64,000 nt of DNA, taken from positions 96,224,001-96,288,000 of the forward strand of contig OX597814.1 of NCBI GenBank assembly GCA_951406725.2, in the 5' to 3' direction. The notes under the pieces were generated by a model that was not told the origin of the DNA, did no database searches, and worked only from the letters and a program-made list of their open reading frames with translations. The stretch comes from Octopus vulgaris (Eukaryota). Made by a program: the position numbers and the translations under genes. Positions 56,188-64,000 of this stretch are shown piece by piece (the stretch's first letter is position 1; every line of letters starts with the position of its first letter).

Positions 56188-59100
56188 ATTGACATCCCTG
56201 GGGGACTAGAAGAATGGACTAGCCGAACACTTATAAAGAATAGCGTATTGGTTAAGACGAAGGCGTTTTGGAGTCTCGCGAAATACGTCGTGTGAATACG
56301 TTAATTTTACTTCCGCATCGTTAAATTATATATATCCAAAGTTTGTCAAGGATATTAAAGTGGCGACGACTTATTTGAAGATTGCGTCGGGCGTTAAAAA
56401 AGTGTTTTCGTACGAAATCAAAGAAAAAATCATTAACATGGAAGACTTATTGGCTTGTGTGGTGCAGTTGCAACAGCAACAACAACAGTTACAACAACTA
56501 CAATAGCAACAACAACAGTACCAACAGCTACTGGATGTAATGTTGAAGAAGTCTGAAAATACTTCTGGTTCGTTCTCCTTAGACGGCGTAGCAAACTCAA
56601 TTGGAGAATTTATCTATAACCCAGAAGAAGGTACTACTTTTTCTGCATATTTTAGAAGATACGTAGAAATCTTCAAAGAAGAATGTAAAAATGGGATTGA
56701 CGAGAAGAAGGTGCGACTACTTTTAAGAAAGTTATCCCCTGCCGAATACGAAAAATGCTGTAATTATATTCTGCTGAAGAAACCAGGTGTGATTTGTTTC
56801 GATGAAACAATTTATTATCAAGAAATTTCAGTGGAAGAAGTTGGCAGTGTTTAAATTTAGTTAAAAAAGATGATGAAGATTTCGTCACTTATGCTGGGGT
56901 CGTTAATAGAGAGTGTGAAAAATTCAAATTAAATGAATTAACTCCGGATTTGTTCAAATGTCTAACTTTTGTTCAAGGGTTAACTGCAAGAAAAGATGAT
57001 GATATACGTTTCCGTATATTAACAAAATTAAAACAGGACCAAAAATTAACCCTACAGGCAGTGGCTGAAGAACGCCAGAAGATTGTAAAGTTAAGACATG
57101 ACGCGGATAAAATTGAAGAAAAAGATTGTTCTCAGATACATGAAACGGATAAGAAAAAGGAAAAACGAACATCAAGACCAAATCCATGCTACGAGTGCGG
57201 AGGTTTACATTTTAGAAGTAATTGTTCTTTTAAAAGTCGTAAATGTTTCGAGTGTGGAAAAATCGGACATAAAAGCTCACGGTGTATAGCGAAACAAAAT
57301 TCTAGAAAGAATATATTGTTAACAAAAATTCTAAGCGATTCTCAGAAAAGAAAATTTGTATCTATAATAATGAATAATGTGACTATCAAATTACAATTTG
57401 GATACAGGCAGTGATATCACGATAATTTATACAGATACATGGAGAAAAATAAGGAAACCTAGATTAAATGAAACTTGGAAAATTGCGCGAGGTGTTTCAA
57501 GAAAAAAATTGCATTATATGGGCAAAATGATAAGTGATGTTACGTTTCGTGGAAAAACTTTGAAAGTCAAAGTTTTTGTGTTGAAAAATACGACAAATTT
57601 GTTTGGAACAGACTGGATGGAACTATTTAACTTATGGGACCTCCCAATAAATATTTATTGTAAAAATGTGAATGGTTCTTCCGCCAGTACAAATAAGGCG
57701 TTGGAGGATTTAAAAAAAAATATTAAAAAATTTTTCCTGAAGTTTTTTTCGGAGGAATTGGGTCTTTGCACCAAAACAGAGGCGAAGTTTCAAGTGAAAG
57801 AAAACGCTATACTGGTTTTAAAACAAAAAACGAATGGTTAAAACAAAACTACGAAGAATTGGATAGACTTGAAAAACTGGGCGTTATTAAAAAAATTGAT
57901 TACACAAAATAGGCGTCCTCAGCAGTTTATGTCAAGAAAAAAAAATCCGAGTATGCGCTGATTTTTCAACGGGATTAAACGAATGTTTGACGCCATATAA
58001 ATTACTTGTTACCAAGTCCGGATGAAATTTTCGCGAGGAAAATTCTTTTCAAAACTGGATCTATCTAAAGCATATTTGCAGGTAAAAGTCGATGAGGAAT
58101 GTTCAAAATTATTGACAATAAATGCCCATAAAGGCTTGTATAAATTTAATCGACTCCCCTTTAGTATAAAGGTAGCACCTGGCATTTTCCAACAAGTTAT
58201 GAACATTATGCTCGCAGGTTCGGATTTCGCTGTAGGTTACCTTGACAACATACTCAGTATACTGAACATGTTAAAAGAGACTTCGAAAGAATAAAATATT
58301 ATCGTTTCAAGCTCAGCGAGGAAATGTGAATATTTTTATGCCAAAAATAAAATATCTAGGGCAGATCATTAATGAAAATGGACGCAGACCAGACCAGACC
58401 CATCGAGGGCGAGTGCAATAATAAATATGCCTCCACCGACAAACATTACAAGCATTTTTGGGACTTGCAAATTACTACTAGGTATACATACCGAATATGC
58501 ACGATTTAATAGCACGCCTGAATAACTTGTTAAAAAAAGACGTTAAGTAGAACTAGTTGGACAAATGCCAAAAAAACTTTAAGAAATTAAAACGTCTAAA
58601 CGTAGGAATTGTCGTTATTACATTTTGACCCGAATTTAGAAACAGCAGATAATAGTGAAAGTGGTATTGTAGCTGTGATTGTACACAAATATGAAGATGG
58701 TAGCCTGAAAGTAGTAGCTCATGATTCACGATCATTATTGCTGGCTGAGAAAAGTTACAGTCAAATAGAAAAAGAGGCGAGCTGGCAGAAACGTTAGCAC
58801 GCCGAGCGAACTGCTTAGTGGTATTTTGCCTGCCGCTACGTTCTGAGTTCAAATTCCGCCGAGGTCGACTTTGCCTTTCATCCTTTCGAGGTCGATAAAT
58901 TAAGTACCAGTTACGCACTGGGGTCGATGTGATCGACTTAATCCGTTTGTCTCTTCTTGTTTGTCCCCTCTATGTTTAACCCCTTGTGGGCAATAAAGAA
59001 ACAAGAAAAAGAGGCACTAGCCATCATATCTGCGGTAAAAAATTCCATAAATTTATACATGAAAGAAGATTCCGTCTACAGGCAGACCACCACCCATTAT

Positions 59101-60808
59101 TGTCTATGGATCAAAAAAGGGTTTCCCCTCACATACAGCCAACAGATTGCAGCGCCGGGAACGATCCTACTGAATTACGACTTCAAAATGGAGTATTTGC
59201 CATCGAAAAATTGGGACATGCAAATGGTCAAGGTTAATACCAAAATACAGAGAACCATTAGAAGACACAGTAATAGCGGCGTTAAAAGCCGAAAAAGAAA
59301 TAAATGTGCAATGTTGTGCGTAATTTGCCTGTGACGTTGGATGAAATAAAAATGAAGGCAGAGACGGACTAGTTTATCATAAAAATGAAAAAAATAGTGA
59401 GATCAGAAGAAACAAATATAAAAATCGTGTGGCTGGACGTAACGCAGTTTCGAATTTGTGATAATGTATTCACAGAGGGTCGTAATACCTGCCACACAAC
59501 AAGGTAGAATTCCACACCGGACATCCAGGAATTTATAGGATGAAGTCGCTTATGAGGAGTTATGTTTATTGGCCAAAAATGGATCTAGATATCGAGAAAT
59601 TGGTAAAATCCTGCAGAGGTTGTGCTCTTTCAACAAAATCACCATCTATACAATTTCAGCCTTGGCCCAAGACCGATATTCCATGGTCCAGACTACACAT
59701 AGACTTCGCAGGAGCGTTAAACCGATCATATCTAATAGTGGTAGATAGCTGTACTAAGTGGCTAGAAATGTTTAAAAGTAGAAAACCGATATCCACGGTA
59801 ACAGTGGAATTTCTACACGAAATTTTTGCTAGGTATGGTGTCTCGGATGCCATAGTCTCCGATAACAGTACACAATTCACAGCGAATGAATTTAAGAATT
59901 TTTGCAAGATGTGCTCAATTCAACATATTACTATTTCTCCGTATCACCCAAGATTAAACGAGCAAGCGGAAAGGTTCGTGGATACATTTAAAAGAGCATT
60001 CAAGAAATCAAGAAATGAGTTAGTCGATGACGCCGCATTGACACAATTCTTGAGGTTTTATAGGATAACACTTTTTCAGACAAGTTGCCTACGGGACTAA
60101 TGTTTGCTTGAGAAATAAAGTCAATTTATGACAGGCTGCTACCAGTAAGAAAAACAAATAGGGAAACACTAAAAATACGACAAAACATCTTAATGTCGGT
60201 GACAAGGTGTTTTTCTAAATATATAAAAATGGAAGACAAGTTTGGGAAGACGGAGTAGTAACAAAAAGAATAGGCAAAATGACATATATGATAAGAGGTG
60301 AAAAATGGGAACGCAAAAGACATTTAAACCAACTAAAAAATAGATATACGGAAAAAAGAAAAGAGATACCTAAGGAAGTGTTCTACGACACCTTTGATGT
60401 TCCAGCGACACAAGAAATCGAACCTATTCATAACAGTACAAGAAAGAGGAAACAAATAGAACGATTGTAAGTAGTGCCTAAATGGAAGAAATATTAAACT
60501 TCCCTATGAGGAAAATCTCAAAAAGGGAGATGTGATGAACGAAAAAGAATAGACAAAAATAATAATATTAACTTCCAACGGAAGTCAATCTCGAAGGAGG
60601 AAATGTTGTGGCGAGAGTCATTGATACCCCCGGGGATTGGAAGAGTGGATTAGCCGAGCTCTTATAAAGAGTAGCGTACTGGTTGAAGCGTACTTGTGGG
60701 AGTCGTTGAGAGGACGTTTTGGAGTCTCGCGAATTACGTCGAGTGAACACATTGATTTTAAATCGTTAAATTATATATATATATCCAACGTTTGTCAAGG
60801 ATATAAAA
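56188..60808 (+). mobile_element. Decayed Gypsy/Ty3 LTR retrotransposon (K02A2.6/Mag-like pol)
   Basis: Partial 5' LTR at about 56188-56358, PBS TGGCGACGAC at 56361, gag with two CCHC knuckles, protease DTGSD, RT (FSKLDLSKAYLQ, RLPF, YLDN), RNase H (YSQIEKEALAII), integrase (RLHIDFAG, VSDN, AERFV), PPT aaaagggaga at 60521-30 and 3' LTR TG... at 60531-60808. Confidence 0.93.
58776..59003 (+). mobile_element. SINE family A nested in the Gypsy RNase H
   Basis: TSD agaaaaagaggc at 58767-78 and 59004-15. Confidence 0.92.
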
Positions 60809-62322
60809 TTATGGGGCTTGGCTTAAGTCTTTTGGTGTGTTAACGTCTGTATTGTGTGTTGTGTGTGCAATGCGAGTTGTGTTATTCCGTTGGCTATTCA
60901 TTCTGTAGCGTACATGTTATGGGGTTTGTTTATTTTATTAGATGCTTATTGTATGGAAGATGGTTTGTGTTTGTAGATGGTTTTGTGTGGGCTGCGCAAT
61001 TGAATTGATAATGTCTTGTGTAGGATGTGGACTGTTCTGGAGAGCTGGCAGAATCGTTAGCATACATGCTTAGCGGAATTTCGCCCGTCTATTCGTTTGC
61101 AGTTCAAATTCTTCTGAGGTCAACTTTGTCTTTCGTCCTTTCGGGGTCAATAAATTAAGTACCTGTCAAGTACTGGGGGTTTATGTAATCGACTTCTCCC
61201 TTCCATCAAAACTTCTGGTCTTGTGCCCAAATTTGAAACCATTGTTGTTGTTGATGATGATGATGATGATGTTATTATTGGAACCATTGTATTTGAATGA
61301 AGATCTTGAAGGCAGTGCCCTAGCATGACTGCAATCCAATGATTGAAACCAGTAAAGTAAGAAATAACGAAAAAGAACAATTCGATGTTGTTAGCGTTGT
61401 TGTATTATAAAACTGATGTTTTGCTAGAACGACGGGATTCATCAAGCTAACTTTTCAGAGATAAATTACATAAAGACGTAATATTGTCTGACTTCACAGT
61501 AACCATATAGGCATTTAGTTATAAGCTGTATGTTACTTTGGCATCTAGAAAAAAAAGCATGAGCTTTACCCGGAAATTTATGTATCATATCTTATTTGAA
61601 ATATAGAAGACCTTTTTGTAACGAAAAAGGATGCAACCCTGGAGGGTCATGTTCACAACGTTTCAATGTAGTTTACTAACAAAAATGATGAAAAGCTTTT
61701 AGAGAAACCTGAACATATGAAAATATGAGTGTATTCATGGTATTTGTTACTGGGAACATTACAATACTAAAATGCAAACGTTACTCATGTTTAAGGAATA
61801 ATAAATCAAATCTTTATTCTGAGATCGTTCTCGCAGTATACAACGAACCATTAACTACGATTATATTTTCTCAGTTCCTTTAGCTACCGAGAATAGAGCA
61901 CAAGATCAAACTAGAGGTGTCTTCACCTTTTCTTCCAGTGATGTCGGAACATCTTATCCAAAACCTGGTCCTGACTACAGACTTCGTGCAATCGGTGAAA
62001 GCAGCAAAATGAATCATATTATGTCCATCATGCCTGGGCATCTTCCGTTATGTACACTTTTTCTTCGACCAAAAGGGATCCCAGTAATTTCATTCGCCTT
62101 TATTAAAATCAGCATCGGCAGTAACACATGGCAATATGTACCGAGAAATATTCCTTCTGGAATCGATAACGTCTAGAGAATGTACTAGTAAAATGGATTC
62201 ATTCGGCTATATCTCTTGACTGGAAACGCTGGCATTTTCTCACTTAAAAGAAGTCCGAATCTGTAAAAACAAGCGAACAGCTGTTACAGGAATACGTTTA
62301 AGCATATATATGTTTGGTTGAA

Positions 62323-62550
62323 GGCGGCGAACTGGCAGAAACGTTAGCACGCCGGGCGAAATGCGTAGCCGTATTTCGTCTGCCGTTACGTTCTGAGTTC
62401 AAATTCCGCCGAGGTCGACTTTGCCTTTCATCCTTTCGGGGTCGATAAATTAAGTACCAGTTACGCATTGGGGTCGATGTAATCGACTTAATCCGTTTGT
62501 CTGTCATTGTTTGTCCCCTCTATGTTTAGCCCCTTGTGGGTAGTAAAGAA
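62323..62550 (+). mobile_element. SINE family A, full length, young
   Basis: 17-bp TSD atatatatgtttggttg at 62304-20 and 62551-67; CpGs retained. Confidence 0.93.
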
Positions 62551-62805
62551 ATATATATGTTTGGTTGCACATATACATACAGATATCAGATCTTCTGTAA
62601 ACATGACAAGAAATATGGGCTTGAGTCATACTGACTGCCTTTGACTTTTTCTATCCAAAGGATGTTTTAACCCAATATATTCATGCTATAATTTGTAAAT
62701 TTATTTGCTTCGAGATTCACCCTTATCCCCCAAATTATTTCACGTTCTTGGTGTTTCTAAATTCTTATGACGTTAACAATATTCGATACATATGGATTAA
62801 TTGTT

Positions 62806-63088
62806 AGGGTGTTGCACTAACAATTGCGAGGCCGTGGGTTCGATTCCCAAACCGGGTGTTACGTTGTATTCTTGAGCAAAGCACTTCATTTCAGGTCGCT
62901 CTGCGCTCATTTTGTCATCTTATATGTGGCACATGTGGCACACGGTGCTCTTGTACAGTAATGTCGATTTGATGGAGAGAGTAAGCTTATATGTAAACAA
63001 ACATTTGATCACTATAAACAAACCATGTGTGGTTGTTTGGCAATAAATTACTGAACCCTCATACGTCGTCTAATGACGGGAGAGTCCG
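62806..63088 (+). mobile_element. tRNA/CORE-type SINE
   Basis: B-box gggttcgattccc followed by CORE-like gttgtattcttgagcaaagcacttca. Confidence 0.6.
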
Positions 63089-63211
63089 TAATATATATAT
63101 ATATATATATATACTTAATCCAAATATGAACAAAGAGAAAACGCAACAACGCGAGGACGTGGCTCAAGTAGAGTGTTATTGGACGCCCAGGAAAGGAAAG
63201 AAAGAAGGAGG

Positions 63212-63246
63212 ATTTAACGTTTCGAGCGGAGCTCTTCGTCAGAAAC
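63212..63246 (-). ncRNA. Minimal type I hammerhead ribozyme motif in a ~210-bp stub between (TA)n tracts (63115-63325)
   Basis: Minus strand: gttt CTGACGA a gagc tcc gctc GAAA cg TT aaat; intact core and palindromic AACGTT helix III. Confidence 0.72.
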
Positions 63247-63324
63247 ATAGAAAAAGGAAAGGCCCAAGGAAGGGAAGACGGAGAAAGAAAATCGCCAATG
63301 ATACACAAGCGGTCACATATTTAA

Positions 63325-63374
<50 letters not shown>

Positions 63375-63579
63375 CAATGATAAATATCAAAGTGAGTTAT
63401 ATACAGTAGCGGTAACACATCGTGACGTATTTTTGCCATTTCAATATGGCTAACCCCTAAGGGTAGATGCTACTGTAGTTTTTAGCCCCAGGAGGACACA
63501 CTCCTCCAGCTGGCCATAGACACACTATCTGTGTCCTGTCAGTATTTGCAAAGGGAAGTCATCCTTCCCGTCTTCAACT

Positions 63580-63640
63580 TATGATACACACGGACTCGAG
63601 TTTCGAGGTATTGACCTCTCGTCAGCGTGTGACAATCATA
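63580..63640 (-). ncRNA. Extended type I hammerhead ribozyme (minus-strand copy)
   Basis: Exact reverse complement of 63874-63934. Confidence 0.9.
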
Positions 63641-63873
63641 GTTGTCGCCGAGAATTAGATTTCCTTCACAAATACTTATACTTTTTCCAGCGTCCACTGT
63701 CGCTGATATTGAAAAAGTGAAATCAAACAATGATAAATATCAAAGTGAGTTATATACAGTAGCGGTAACACATCGTGACGTATTTTTGCCATTTCACTTT
63801 TTCAATATCAGCGACAGTGGACGCTGGAAAAAGTATAAGTATTTGTGAAGGAAATCTAATTCTCGGCGACAAC

Positions 63874-63934
63874 TATGATTGTCACACGCTGACGAGAGGT
63901 CAATACCTCGAAACTCGAGTCCGTGTGTATCATA
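63874..63934 (+). ncRNA. Extended type I hammerhead ribozyme (plus-strand copy)
   Basis: tatgat-tgt-cacacg CTGACGA gaggt caat acctc GAAA ctcgag TC cgtgtg-t-atcata. Canonical core, all stems perfect, predicted cleavage after C63921. Confidence 0.92.
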
Positions 63935-64000
63935 AGTTGAAGACGGGAAGGATGACTTCCCTTTGCAAATACTGACAGGACACAGATAGTGTGTCTATGG

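Larger units (their letters stand above)
63514..64000. repeat. Perfect inverted repeat (arms 63514-63723 and 63791-64000, running off the window) with a 67-bp spacer
   Basis: Arms are exact reverse complements by eye; 63726-63796 is also a 71-bp direct copy of 63373-63443. Confidence 0.93.

Noticed and set aside
62323-62410. tRNA genes at SINE heads (also 27964, 32170, 11111)
   Set aside because: A/B boxes are present, but each continues into a SINE body, often with TSDs; no clean cloverleaf.

Overview
AT-rich, microsatellite-rich animal DNA, most likely an octopus-type coleoid cephalopod (inferred from repeat content, not proven). The only host gene is the 3' part of an ABCB1/P-glycoprotein-type transporter on the + strand: seven GT-AG exons from 4041 to 29768 encoding the end of TMD2 and all of NBD2, with the 5' exons lying upstream of the window. 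The rest is mostly transposon debris: several tRNA-derived SINE families, R4/Dong-like LINEs in (AAT)n tracts, RTE, CR1-group and Tx1-like LINEs, a decayed Gypsy LTR element, mariner/Tc1, Merlin and Chapaev-like transposase relics, and hAT-, piggyBac- and pogo-like MITEs. The most notable hidden signal is nine type I hammerhead ribozyme motifs (eight clear, one weak), mostly in short Penelope-like terminal-repeat stubs. The best is a fully canonical, extended hammerhead duplicated in both orientations in a perfect inverted repeat of at least 210 bp at the right edge. All calls were read by eye; no searches were run.
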